Virus record (IMG/VR): IMGVR_UViG_3300033485_000006
Coordinates: 25,402-89,401 of that record
Source of the DNA: a virus
Lineage: Duplodnaviria; Heunggongvirae; Uroviricota; Caudoviricetes
Reading direction: 5' to 3' (one strand)
DNA: 64,000 bases
Part shown: positions 19,949 through 29,729 of the stretch, in pieces
Layout: every line of letters starts with the position of its first letter
Numbering within the stretch: position 1 is the stretch's first letter
Notes under the pieces: generated by a model
Told to the model about the DNA's origin: nothing
Database searches by the model: none
The model's input: the letters and a program-made list of their open reading frames with translations, nothing else
Position numbers and translations under genes: made by a program

Positions 19949-20261
19949 TATGCTCCTTGGTAATTAGACTATATAATTTATCCACAGTGTCAATTTGTAT
20001 ATTATCTACAGTTAGCCCAGTAGTACCCATGTTATTATCAAAGACATACCAAGCAATCCAACTATCACCACCCATATGTTTATCAAGGGTATCAACTAAG
20101 TTATCTAATAGAAGACATAATCCTTGGAAATCCTCAAGTAGAAACTCATAGTGTACTTGTTCTGTTGAGATACGGTTTGAGGTATTATCAATGATTAACA
20201 TTAAGTCTTTAAATAATTCTTTATTCATTATGCACCTCCAAATAACAGGAAGCCTTCCCAT
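19935..20261 (-). CDS. hypothetical protein (108 aa)
   Basis: ORF in the operon. No motif. Confidence 0.35.
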   Translation of the reverse strand: MGRLPVIWRCIMNKELFKDLMLIIDNTSNRISTEQVHYEFLLEDFQGLCLLLDNLVDTLDKHMGGDSWIAWYVFDNNMGTTGLTVDNIQIDTVDKLYSLITKEHNATY

Positions 20262-20410
20262 AATACAAAGGCAAGTGACACAAATATCCCTACAATCTTT
20301 GCACTAATAGTTGGCTTAGTAATAAACTTTTCTGGATTAGTTAGTTGTATAAGCGTCAGTATAATTGAGATAACCCCAAGAATAAATAAGGTTGTTACTA
20401 ATGTTACCAT
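20228..20410 (-). CDS. small membrane protein (60 aa)
   Basis: Two hydrophobic helices. Confidence 0.35.
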   Translation of the reverse strand: MVTLVTTLFILGVISIILTLIQLTNPEKFITKPTISAKIVGIFVSLAFVLWEGFLLFGGA

Positions 20411-20411
20411 A

Positions 20412-20618
20412 TTAAACCTTTAACCCAAGAATTTGTGCTACCATACCAAGATAAATAGTATTCATAGTAATATATTTAGGTTTCTCAACTTTACCAGTTT
20501 TAATCAGCTTTGTATATTCCCCATTAGGGACAACTACGTAGTATGGCGGGTAAGTGTGTGGTTGCTTAGCAACTGCCTGTCGTGCTCGTTTTGCTTCTAG
20601 TGAATTCTTTTTACTCAT
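20412..20618 (-). CDS. hypothetical basic small protein (68 aa)
   Basis: ORF with an RBS-like upstream sequence. Confidence 0.35.
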   Translation of the reverse strand: MSKKNSLEAKRARQAVAKQPHTYPPYYVVVPNGEYTKLIKTGKVEKPKYITMNTIYLGMVAQILGLKV

Positions 20619-20653
20619 ATTATTTCCTTAAATGTATTTTATAATAGTCTAGG

Positions 20654-20818
20654 TTAAATCCCTAGACCAACTCGTAGTGCAATTTGTTCGATTGCAAGAT
20701 ACCATGAGTATACTGGAATTAAAATTGCTAGTGCCATCATCCAGAAGCCTTTAGCTATAACCATACCGTATACCCATAACATAACTAGGAGTGTTCCTCC
20801 TGTATTAACTTTACCCAT
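20654..20818 (-). CDS. small membrane protein (54 aa)
   Basis: Manually translated: MGKVNTGGTLLVMLWVYGMVIAKGFWMMALAILIPVYSWYLAIEQIALRVGLGI. Its ATG overlaps the stop of the upstream gene (AATGGGTAA). Confidence 0.3.
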   Translation of the reverse strand: MGKVNTGGTLLVMLWVYGMVIAKGFWMMALAILIPVYSWYLAIEQIALRVGLGI

Positions 20819-21314
20819 TTAACACCTCCCAGTCATTAGCAAGAATATCTGCCTGTGATGCCAACCAACCTGGTTGCATTGTTTTACCAGTAGTAAACAT
20901 ATCTATATGTGCATCAATAGTAACTACTTCTTGGGTACCAGATAAAGCTTTAGCATAACAAGAACCAGCGTATGGTTTTATATCTGGAGTTTCACCTTGT
21001 AAAACGAGCCACATACCTTTACCATTCCAACCACTACGAGCAACCTTATAACCTAATTTAAGATATTCAATAGCACCACCAAATGATAAATTGCCAGATA
21101 ATTTATAAGCATTTTCAAACTGTTCTTTAGGTGACCAAGAAACATATCCTTTAAATTCTTCTGTGTTTGGTTTCCCACCATCTACATACTCTACTAAGTA
21201 GCCTTCATCAGTACCATCCTCATCATCTGGTAGTTTCCAACCACGAAACTCATTATACTCTAAACGATTCATCGTTTTTGCATTAATAATCTTTATTCCA
21301 ATATACTGCTTCAT
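20811..21314 (-). CDS. DUF2829-domain protein (Tad2-like, candidate anti-Thoeris signal sponge)
   Basis: AIEYLKLGYKVARSGWNGKGMWLVLQ and the C-terminal ...SQADILANDWEVL match the DUF2829 consensus (ALKxGKKVxRxGWNGKGMxI ... DxLAEDWEIV). There is an N-terminal extension of about 65 aa. Confidence 0.55.
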   Translation of the reverse strand: MKQYIGIKIINAKTMNRLEYNEFRGWKLPDDEDGTDEGYLVEYVDGGKPNTEEFKGYVSWSPKEQFENAYKLSGNLSFGGAIEYLKLGYKVARSGWNGKGMWLVLQGETPDIKPYAGSCYAKALSGTQEVVTIDAHIDMFTTGKTMQPGWLASQADILANDWEVLNG

Positions 21315-21889
21315 AAAATTTCCTTTAATTTTTCTTTAAGTTCATCTTCTGTACCATTATTACTAATAATATGGTCGAAGTTGCAATCATCTAGTTCAAC
21401 CTCTGAACTGTGACTATCAAATAGATTAGTATTATCTCGTGTGATGCGCACAGTCTTAATATTATAATCTGGGAAATGGTCTTGAATTGCATCTAACTCT
21501 AATGTAAATCGCCAGTCAGTAATAACAACAGTATCTGTTGAGATTAACATATGGTTAATGAACTTAGCGGCTACATCAACCCATACAGTATCACCAAAGA
21601 TTGGTTTCATACCCTCTGTACCAAAGTTCTGTAGAATCTCACGGTATGTTTGCATACGAAAACTAGTATCATTCTGGTCTTCTGGTGGTATACCATGAAC
21701 TAGAACATAACCACTGTTCTTCCAACCCTCTAGTTCCTGCATATCAATACCGAAAGTTGCAGCTATAATTTGTTTGAGCGGACCAGCAAACGCAATGAGT
21801 TTAACTGTTGGGTCAATTTGTTTTAGGAGTTTAGCACTGGTGTCTTTACCAGCCCTGGCCTTCCCCGATAGTAAAATTATTTGTTTCAT
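21311..21889 (-). CDS. deoxynucleoside monophosphate kinase (T4 gp1-like)
   Basis: N-terminus MKQIILLSGKARAGKDT resembles the T4 dNMP kinase P-loop (LSGVKRSGKDT). Confidence 0.65.
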   Translation of the reverse strand: MKQIILLSGKARAGKDTSAKLLKQIDPTVKLIAFAGPLKQIIAATFGIDMQELEGWKNSGYVLVHGIPPEDQNDTSFRMQTYREILQNFGTEGMKPIFGDTVWVDVAAKFINHMLISTDTVVITDWRFTLELDAIQDHFPDYNIKTVRITRDNTNLFDSHSSEVELDDCNFDHIISNNGTEDELKEKLKEIL

Positions 21890-22335
21890 GATAAGTGAGT
21901 CTCCTCAAGTAGTGTTTGTCGTAACTCTTCTTTAATTTCTTTTAGTTCAGCATCATTGGCTGAATATTTACATTTAGAATAATCAGCTTTATATAATGTA
22001 TTTTTTGGTTGTTCTTTCCACTTCTGCCATTTAGCACCTTCTGGTACTCCGTACCAATCCCATTGTTCTGCTTGGTCTGGGTCTTGCATTCGACTCTCAA
22101 TTTCTTTTAAAGTTTCATCCATAGTTAACTCTGGACTATACCCAAGTTTATATAGGGCGCCAGTAGCTACTACAATAATGTCACACAGGGCATCAACCAT
22201 CTCGTCTTCGTTCTTAGCATCTTTAAACTCTACGCCTAATTCTTCCATAAGCATATCATACTCATTCTGATGATTAAACGATAAGTTTAACCTTTCTGCA
22301 TTCCAGCCGATAACCCTACTAAAAATATTACTCAT
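21886..22335 (-). CDS. MazG-like nucleotide pyrophosphohydrolase
   Basis: EELGVEF...EDEMVDALCDIIV matches the all-alpha NTP-PPase ExxE...ExxD pattern. Confidence 0.5.
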   Translation of the reverse strand: MSNIFSRVIGWNAERLNLSFNHQNEYDMLMEELGVEFKDAKNEDEMVDALCDIIVVATGALYKLGYSPELTMDETLKEIESRMQDPDQAEQWDWYGVPEGAKWQKWKEQPKNTLYKADYSKCKYSANDAELKEIKEELRQTLLEETHLS

Positions 22336-23011
22336 TAATTTCCTTTAAGTGATTTTGAAATAGATATTTGTGTTCTTCTGGTAATGCTTCATAAATAGCA
22401 TTCGCTAAATCACGAATCTCCCATAGCGCACTCTTATCAGACCTAAGAGATATAAAGTTTTGTAGACTACGAATATTTACAGTCCATGTAAGTTCTGTCT
22501 TGTACGCTTCAGGTAGTGCATATTTAATCTTGTCATTAGACCCTCCTAATGTAAGAAGCTTTCTTAGGTTATCTAAGGCAACTAAGATGAAATAATCAAT
22601 CATATTTTCACCAGTAAATACTACAAATTTTGATGCCCTAGGTTTGTCTATATTAATATCAGTAAATGCAGGCTCATCTTTCAATTCTTTAAGTGTATAC
22701 CTAGTAGACTTCACTGATAGTGAGGCTATGCGGTGACGTGCAAGTTCTTGGAGTAATGCCCTAGATACCCCAGAGATATGAAAGTTATATGAGACATGCT
22801 CAAGGATAGATGCATGTTTGAACTTATTTCCAACTCTATCAATAAGTTCCATATCTTTAGGTCCACACTCTATGATATCTTTTCCATCACCACAAGTAGC
22901 ACATGACATTAATTCTGTTTTTGTATCAGATTTATCACCACTATCCCAACAGGTACGAGCACCATGTGCTGCGATATGTAGTGGTGTATTATGTAGTAAT
23001 TCTACTTTCAC
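22328..23011 (-). CDS. thyX: flavin-dependent thymidylate synthase
   Basis: ThyX signature RHRxxxxxxxS (ELARHRIASLSVKSTRY). Confidence 0.8.
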   Translation of the reverse strand: MKVELLHNTPLHIAAHGARTCWDSGDKSDTKTELMSCATCGDGKDIIECGPKDMELIDRVGNKFKHASILEHVSYNFHISGVSRALLQELARHRIASLSVKSTRYTLKELKDEPAFTDINIDKPRASKFVVFTGENMIDYFILVALDNLRKLLTLGGSNDKIKYALPEAYKTELTWTVNIRSLQNFISLRSDKSALWEIRDLANAIYEALPEEHKYLFQNHLKEINE

Positions 23012-23643
23012 TCGTAGTCTCCTATTGATTGTTTTAGTTTATTTATGGCTACATCCATCATATTATTAATCTTACTAATATGGATACCAAGAGATACCGC
23101 AGCTTGTCTAGGGGTTAAATCTTGGAAGAAGACTAAATCAACTAATTGTTGTTCTAATGATGTTAAGACAGCCAAATGGTCTGTAACCCAAGCATAACTT
23201 GTGTGTTCTTCCTCAACCATATCTGTAAGTGATATTTCACGTTCTCTATCAAAATAAACTGATAGAATATCTATATAAGATAGTTTAGACCATGCTTGGA
23301 TACTAGCGATATCAGGGTACTCCCCGTACTTCTCAATATATTCATTAATAGATTTTAATACTAACTTATATACTTTAGTCTTACTATGTGGATTACCAAA
23401 CTCATCTTGAATAGCTGTCTCAATTGGTTTAGTCACATAAGAATAAAATGTAGCTCCTTGGTCAACATATCGTGACTCATAACGGCAAGCAGTAGCTACT
23501 GCAACTTGCTGAAAGTCTTCTTCATTATGTTCTTGCTTATATCTAAATGATAGTTTTTTAGCTAACCCAAGAATTCCTGGGAGGAATTGTGAAACTAAAG
23601 GGTAATCATTTAGTAAAGCTTCTTGTGTTTTCTGTATATTCAT
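23008..23643 (-). CDS. sigma-70 family-like transcription factor
   Basis: C-terminal region-4-like HTH (DLTPRQAAVSLGIHISKINNMMDVAINKLKQSI) and a region-2-like segment. Confidence 0.45.
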   Translation of the reverse strand: MNIQKTQEALLNDYPLVSQFLPGILGLAKKLSFRYKQEHNEEDFQQVAVATACRYESRYVDQGATFYSYVTKPIETAIQDEFGNPHSKTKVYKLVLKSINEYIEKYGEYPDIASIQAWSKLSYIDILSVYFDREREISLTDMVEEEHTSYAWVTDHLAVLTSLEQQLVDLVFFQDLTPRQAAVSLGIHISKINNMMDVAINKLKQSIGDYE

Positions 23644-23921
23644 TAGATGGAAGCCTTTGTGTATTCTCCACCAGAAGGGAACTCGTCCACTACTAGGTTA
23701 CACCAGTCGGCTAATAGTTGTTTTTGATTAAAGACTTCGGTGTGAATAAACCCACCACACACAACCGATACTTCTTTACCATCACTACGTGTTATAATAG
23801 CCGAACTATCAGAAACTACAGCTTTACAGAGTTTATCAACATCATCAATATTATTGATACTAAATAGATTCTTAACTGTCTTTGGGCTTGTACACATTCT
23901 ACTTGTTACTCTTACATTCAT
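23643..23921 (-). CDS. hypothetical protein (92 aa)
   Basis: ORF with a 1-nt overlap to the sigma-like gene. Confidence 0.35.
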   Translation of the reverse strand: MNVRVTSRMCTSPKTVKNLFSINNIDDVDKLCKAVVSDSSAIITRSDGKEVSVVCGGFIHTEVFNQKQLLADWCNLVVDEFPSGGEYTKASI

Positions 23922-23969
23922 TTTCTTTCCTTATTTTAATATTATACCAAAAGTTTGCTTCAAGTAAGC

Positions 23970-25055
23970 TTAATCTTTTTTCTTCAAGAGATATTCATTT
24001 GAAATACACTTGAAACTCAGACCTGGAATTGTAGTTGACTTATAAACTCTACCCTCAGATACTGTACCTTTATTCATTGATGGTCCTGTAACTCTCTCTT
24101 GGAGTTCTTGGAGATTAGTACATACTTCGAATACTTTACATGAGGCACTAACAACTGGCACATGTTTAATATCGCATTTTGCAAAACTAAAATATTCCTC
24201 GAAGAATTCAGTGCGCTCTACTGGTAGTAGATATTTGCCATTAGTAATATCATAAATATCAAATACGTAGAAGTCTAACTCTTGAACTTTCTCATGGTTG
24301 GCTTGAATTCTAGGTCCAATTACCTCACCTTGAACAGCATATCCAACTGGTAGGTACTCAGCAAGTTTATACTTATTAGTCATCTTCCAGAAGTCGGAAT
24401 CATTTGGTCTTAACTCTAAGTTTCTAGAACATACTCCAAGTTTCACAGCCTCTTGTTTAAATCCTAAGGATTCTTTAATACGCTGCCATAGATTTAACTT
24501 CTGATGAATTTTAAATACAGTCATACTAGAACCATCAAGTTTCAATGTTTCTTCCCATTGATGGTCTTTGTATCGCTCATAGTAACTAGTTAAGTTTTGA
24601 ATTCGCTCTTGGTCTGTCTTAGGTAGAAAACTTGGGAATCTATCTTGAGTACTTCCAGGAGATTGCTTGGTGGATCCACCTGTAGTTTGCTCAGGTTCGT
24701 ACTTAACTACTTTAAGTATATCTGTAACATCATCTCCGAGTTTAAACCCCTGGTGAATCTCTGGGAAACTACTAAGTGGTAAGGCCAACCCTTGGCTGAT
24801 AACTTTACGCAACTTCATAGTCTTTAGGCGGTGTCTGTCATCTATAAGATACTTCTTTGGTGTACCAAGAAATGAATATCTAGGCTCATCTGGTAGCATG
24901 GAGTCAATCTCAAAGAATACACATGAGTCACCAAAATTAAACTCACCTTTCTTAACCACAACTTGCCAGTCGTCAACTAAGGCAATCTCAATAAAATCTG
25001 CACCATCAATTGGTAATAGTGCACCAATACACCTAATTGTTACTAATTTTCGCAT
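23970..25055 (-). CDS. ATP-dependent RNA ligase (Rnl1-like)
   Basis: Nucleotidyltransferase motif I KLDGSS (T4 Rnl1 has KEDGSL), a downstream EG/QGEVIG motif IV-like, and a size of 361 aa similar to T4 Rnl1. Confidence 0.5.
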   Translation of the reverse strand: MRKLVTIRCIGALLPIDGADFIEIALVDDWQVVVKKGEFNFGDSCVFFEIDSMLPDEPRYSFLGTPKKYLIDDRHRLKTMKLRKVISQGLALPLSSFPEIHQGFKLGDDVTDILKVVKYEPEQTTGGSTKQSPGSTQDRFPSFLPKTDQERIQNLTSYYERYKDHQWEETLKLDGSSMTVFKIHQKLNLWQRIKESLGFKQEAVKLGVCSRNLELRPNDSDFWKMTNKYKLAEYLPVGYAVQGEVIGPRIQANHEKVQELDFYVFDIYDITNGKYLLPVERTEFFEEYFSFAKCDIKHVPVVSASCKVFEVCTNLQELQERVTGPSMNKGTVSEGRVYKSTTIPGLSFKCISNEYLLKKKD

Positions 25056-25357
25056 TCTGCGATCTCCTTAATGTAAATATTGTAGTAATCATAGTCATAT
25101 CCTCTATCCTCAGGCATCCCTAATGTGTCTTCAAATTCTTTTAATCTATCGTAAAATTCATCCTCATCTTTATAAACTTCATATAAGGAATCATATTCAT
25201 TATCCAATAGTTCTTTTAACTTATCATACTTAACTTTCTGTTCCAGTAGTTCACTTACAACAGTCCCAGCTTCTTCCTTAGTTTTACAGTAACCAACATA
25301 ATTAGTCCAACCTGATTCATAACTAAACCCGTATTCTTCAATTACTAGATAAATCAT
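25043..25357 (-). CDS. acidic hypothetical protein (104 aa)
   Basis: Highly acidic, Tyr/Glu-rich. Confidence 0.35.
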   Translation of the reverse strand: MIYLVIEEYGFSYESGWTNYVGYCKTKEEAGTVVSELLEQKVKYDKLKELLDNEYDSLYEVYKDEDEFYDRLKEFEDTLGMPEDRGYDYDYYNIYIKEIAECEN

Positions 25358-26185
25358 TTAATTCCCAATCTCAAAATATTTAATAGTTTTACTCTTCGAC
25401 TCACTTGGATAACCAAGAGGGTTAGCTAATAGGTTAACCCCAATAAAATCAAAGTCTTCTACTACGTGTGTATGACCATAAATCCATGTCTTAAGTCTAG
25501 AGTCATTAGCGATATTCTCCTCAAAGTCGAATGAATAGAACGCATTAGTCATATCATTTTGATACATTGGAGAAAAGAATTTATTGTCTACTACAGGCTT
25601 CATATGAGTTACCATAATATCACAAGAATCCTTTAGAAGTTTAAGTTTATCCTTCTCTTGCTTTGCATATTCCCAAAAGTCGTCCATCTTCATGTACTTT
25701 GAGTCATTCATAGTACGCTTCCAATATCCTTGCAGTCCTCCATCAGACTGGTAATAACCAGAAGCCATCCTGTAATAAATAGTACCATCGTAGAAACTAT
25801 TTGCTCCACCTATAGTTAAACCATTTGGTAGCGCATACTTAGTCCCATCAAGTACTTTAACCCAATTCTCTAGGAATAAGTCTTGCTGATAAGCAATCTT
25901 ATGTAAACCAGTTGGGAACATACTGCGTTGCTTATCATTTACTAGGTATCCTTCATGATTTCCTAGTACTATAAATATGTCTTTAATATTATATTTACCC
26001 CTGATAATATCCATAAATTCCATGGACTGCTCTGGGTAGTGCCCAAGATCCCCAGCTATAATTAGGTACTCAGAATCCATACTATCAAAGTATTTACTAA
26101 AAGCTTTATCAAAAAGTAGTTTTGAGCACTGAGCATCTCTCATATAAAAATCTATATGTAAATCTGAAGTGTACGCTATCTTCAT
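25358..26185 (-). CDS. calcineurin-like metallophosphoesterase
   Basis: Motifs SDLHID, IIAGDLGH, LGNHEG and GHTHV. Adjacent to the RNA ligase. Confidence 0.65.
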   Translation of the reverse strand: MKIAYTSDLHIDFYMRDAQCSKLLFDKAFSKYFDSMDSEYLIIAGDLGHYPEQSMEFMDIIRGKYNIKDIFIVLGNHEGYLVNDKQRSMFPTGLHKIAYQQDLFLENWVKVLDGTKYALPNGLTIGGANSFYDGTIYYRMASGYYQSDGGLQGYWKRTMNDSKYMKMDDFWEYAKQEKDKLKLLKDSCDIMVTHMKPVVDNKFFSPMYQNDMTNAFYSFDFEENIANDSRLKTWIYGHTHVVEDFDFIGVNLLANPLGYPSESKSKTIKYFEIGN

Positions 26186-26407
26186 TTATATCTCCTAAGA
26201 ATGTTAGTACCAGTCTATATATATATATTACCAATCTATGTTGTAACTTTCTAAACTCTAATATTTGTGCGTCTGGAATAATACCAATAGTAGCTTGTTG
26301 TATTACAGAACCATTTAGTTTCCTATCTGTCTCAATAGCAATAGCGTCTGATAAATCTTCTAGCTTCTGTAGTATTACTTATAATCGTTTATTTATTAAT
26401 TCTTTAA

Positions 26408-26611
26408 TTATTTGTTTCCTTTACTAAAAAGTTCGCAAGTATGGTCGCATGGTAGGATACCGAGTATATGCTTAGTACGCTCTGCTCTTTTTTCATGTGA
26501 CCATATAGACGCTTTATTCGTGCACCTAAAAGTCTTTCCTGTTGTCATCCCTTCAGATGAGTATTTACAATTATGACACCCATCATAATCTGGTGTATAC
26601 CAATAACACAT
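26408..26611 (-). CDS. small Cys-rich protein (67 aa)
   Basis: Contains CHNC...C...C...CDHTC, a possible zinc ribbon. Confidence 0.35.
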   Translation of the reverse strand: MCYWYTPDYDGCHNCKYSSEGMTTGKTFRCTNKASIWSHEKRAERTKHILGILPCDHTCELFSKGNK

Positions 26612-26655
26612 ATTACTTCCTTTAAAAGGCTACACACCCATTTAATGGTGTATGA

Positions 26656-29208
26656 TTATACCGAAAGTTCACTTAAGACTTCCTTAATATAATCATCTGA
26701 ACACCAATTTGGTAATGTTACACAATGTGCCCAATCTTTTCCGATATCTAACTCGGCACCAATTTTAACATTTGACTTAAGCTTCTCATCCTCTTGCCAT
26801 TCCATACATTCAATTAGGTGTTTATTCACCCAAGCAACTGTATCAACATCATCTTTAATTAGCATGTACACAGCATCATGAATGGTATTGATTAGTTTAA
26901 CTTTACCTGTCATACCATGGGACTCGATACGTTCTTGAAACTCAATGAAGGCTCTATTCATAAGTGTACCGTAAGATTGAGTAGCGGCATTACTAGCACT
27001 TCTAGACTCACCAGACTGAATACCACCATCCCTAGAGTTAATTCGTGGTGTCTTTAAGGTAAGACCAAAAGCTAACTCAATATAGCCATTGGCTTTAGCA
27101 AATTGCTCATTTCTTTTGGCGAAGTCCCCAAGACCAGAGTAGAGTTTATGATACGCATTGAAAATGTTCTGAGCTTTATCCATAGTACACTTAAGCATCT
27201 TTTGCAACTTAGGCGCAGCACAACCGTATTGCATAGCAAAAGATGGACCTTTACTCATACCACGAATATCTGGTGCTTCATCCTTAATCCGATTAATTGA
27301 TTCTGGATTAGTCATATCAATAAATATTCCACGTTCCTCAAGTTCTTCAGGGAAGAATGCCGCACCACGCATTGAGTGACCATCTACACCATCAGTAAAC
27401 TCCATAGTCTTATTCTTATCACCACTTAGGATGGCTCCTATTTTATCCTCTAGTGAGCTAAAGTCAGCATAGGCAAACAACCAACCATCTGGAGCAACAA
27501 AACAATTCTTAATAGTCTTACCATAAGAAGAACCGCTTGGGAGATTCTGTAGATTAGGCTCAGATGAACTAAGACGTGCAGACTGTGTACCACCTAATCG
27601 TAGATTACCATGTAATGTATAGTTACCATCAGCATCAGTTAAGGATAATTCTTGGAAAGATGAGATAAATGTATTCTGAATAATAGCTGTCTCAGAGATT
27701 GCCTTCAATGCTTTAAGTGTATCAAGTCTTGGGTCATCCTCAGGACATGAGGAGATAAACTCTGCAATACTCGCCCTATCTGTCTTAGCCGCACCAGTCT
27801 CAGTAAACTCAACTGGCTCAAATTCCATAACATCAAAGAGTAGTACTCTGAGTTGTACTGCTGAATTAGCATTGAATTCAACATCAAATTCCCATGCCTC
27901 TTTATTACCAACGTGAGTTGCATTATACTTAACCATTGCTAAGTATCGTAGGTTCTCCTCAGAATCTCTAACATACGTAGAATCCTTAAGAATAGCTTTA
28001 GCTTTCTCTAACTCACCAGTGATTGTCTCTGAAGCCTCAGCAACTCTATCCATATCTATTGGTAGACCATTAATCATCATATGTAATAATGGTTTAAGAC
28101 TAGGTCGCATAATCTCAGTGTAACCTCTAGATGTTTCTTGATGTTTATATAAGTTGTAAACATAGAATGTGCCACAACAGTCTTTGGCGTTATAGATAGC
28201 TAAGTTATCAAGTGGGACTACTTTACAATCTTTAACATCCTCAGCGTAATTCCCAAGATGGTCTTTAGATAGTGTCTTAAGACCTATTGATGGTCGCTCA
28301 GTACTATTTAACTCACAGTAGGCAAGTAGCATAGTATCATGTATGTTATCAATGTTTAATGCTTCAAGACCATCATAGATACCCTGTGTATCATTAAAGC
28401 CAGACATAAACCAGTTGAATACGATATGTTTTACATCAAATAAAGCATTATGAAATAGTAACTTACCCTTATAATTCCTAAAGAATTCCTTAAGTATACT
28501 AATCGTCTCCTCTGTATCCATAGTTAAACACCAATGGTCATGACAAGGAATAGTTACAGCATTATACTCATCCCAAGCAAATGCTATCGTTAATATTTCG
28601 GCCTCACCAAGTCGTAGACCCGTAGTTTCAATATCGCAGGTAATTATTGGATGTTCTAGTAACTTAGCAAGTATTAGTTTAAGTCTATCAGTAGAAGTCA
28701 CAAGTTCGTATGATTCAAACTCAAACTCTTTCTTTGCTGAATAAGTACCAGCAATAAGATGCCCGAATGTATCGAGTGATTTTGTAAGTAGTCCTTTCTT
28801 ATTTGGTTGCGCAGAGATTACTGCTGGATTAATACATGGGCATATCTTAATATGCTCATAGCCACCAATATTACAGCTTAGTACATTACCAATCTCATCT
28901 TCGAATCCTTTAGTGCCACTAAGATATTTGAAGTAATCCGCAGATACTACTAACAACTTATCAATTCCCATTGTATCACAAGCTTCAAGTATCTCTTCAC
29001 AGTGGTTTACGAGTTGTTTCTTAGGCAACTTTTTACCATCTGCTAATTCCATTGTGGAAATACCAAGCATGCGCCGAGCGATATCTGTGTCATATTTCTT
29101 TAGTGGGATACCAAAATTCTTCCCTATAAAATCAGTCCAAGCGTAATATTTATTACCTACTATAAGACCAATTGACTTATCACCTTTAGCATATTCAAAG
29201 CTTAACAT
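26656..29208 (-). CDS. DNA polymerase I family (family A) with 3'-5' exonuclease domain and an N-terminal extra domain
   Basis: Exo I (ITCDIETTGL), exo motifs (YNAKDC), Pol motif B (KxxxFAMQYG) and motif C (IHDAVYM). The first approximately 150 aa are unassigned. Confidence 0.8.
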   Translation of the reverse strand: MLSFEYAKGDKSIGLIVGNKYYAWTDFIGKNFGIPLKKYDTDIARRMLGISTMELADGKKLPKKQLVNHCEEILEACDTMGIDKLLVVSADYFKYLSGTKGFEDEIGNVLSCNIGGYEHIKICPCINPAVISAQPNKKGLLTKSLDTFGHLIAGTYSAKKEFEFESYELVTSTDRLKLILAKLLEHPIITCDIETTGLRLGEAEILTIAFAWDEYNAVTIPCHDHWCLTMDTEETISILKEFFRNYKGKLLFHNALFDVKHIVFNWFMSGFNDTQGIYDGLEALNIDNIHDTMLLAYCELNSTERPSIGLKTLSKDHLGNYAEDVKDCKVVPLDNLAIYNAKDCCGTFYVYNLYKHQETSRGYTEIMRPSLKPLLHMMINGLPIDMDRVAEASETITGELEKAKAILKDSTYVRDSEENLRYLAMVKYNATHVGNKEAWEFDVEFNANSAVQLRVLLFDVMEFEPVEFTETGAAKTDRASIAEFISSCPEDDPRLDTLKALKAISETAIIQNTFISSFQELSLTDADGNYTLHGNLRLGGTQSARLSSSEPNLQNLPSGSSYGKTIKNCFVAPDGWLFAYADFSSLEDKIGAILSGDKNKTMEFTDGVDGHSMRGAAFFPEELEERGIFIDMTNPESINRIKDEAPDIRGMSKGPSFAMQYGCAAPKLQKMLKCTMDKAQNIFNAYHKLYSGLGDFAKRNEQFAKANGYIELAFGLTLKTPRINSRDGGIQSGESRSASNAATQSYGTLMNRAFIEFQERIESHGMTGKVKLINTIHDAVYMLIKDDVDTVAWVNKHLIECMEWQEDEKLKSNVKIGAELDIGKDWAHCVTLPNWCSDDYIKEVLSELSV

Positions 29209-29411
29209 TTAACTCCTTTAGTACTCATCGCATTTTTAACATATGTTAAACACCACTTGACAACTTCATCATCACTAGCCATACAACCAGTAGCACGATA
29301 GTGATAAGTTCGTAGTTTAGCAAAAGCTTTATTAGTAGCAATTAGTTGGTCTAATGTATTTGGTGGGTTATTACTAATCATCCAAGTCTCCTTCTTTAAT
29401 CCCAAGGTCAC
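29202..29411 (-). CDS. hypothetical protein (69 aa)
   Basis: ORF overlapping the start of the polymerase gene. Confidence 0.3.
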   Translation of the reverse strand: MTLGLKKETWMISNNPPNTLDQLIATNKAFAKLRTYHYRATGCMASDDEVVKWCLTYVKNAMSTKGVKC

Positions 29412-29507
29412 TATAAGTGCCTTGTTGTGTATATGACCAAGAGCTTTCCTCTAGGTCGTCTAAGTAATCTGAGTGTTTACCATTAGACTCACTATCTAAT
29501 TCTTCCT

Positions 29508-29729
29508 CTAGTTCTTCCATTTTTCGTCACCCCTTTCCCATCGTTCGCAGAATCCTCTACTTGGAACATATCTGTAAAACTCTAGACACAGTAAATTCTC
29601 ATCTAACACCTCAGAAAACTTGCAGTTAGCACACGGGTTTATTATCCAACTTTCTTCGGTACTTGACCATAATGATATAATATTCATAGTTTCCTCAATG
29701 TTGTTTAAATAGGATAGGTGTACCCTCAT
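29508..29729 (-). CDS. hypothetical Cys-containing protein (73 aa)
   Basis: ORF only; contains CANC...C...C. Confidence 0.3.
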   Translation of the reverse strand: MRVHLSYLNNIEETMNIISLWSSTEESWIINPCANCKFSEVLDENLLCLEFYRYVPSRGFCERWERGDEKWKN

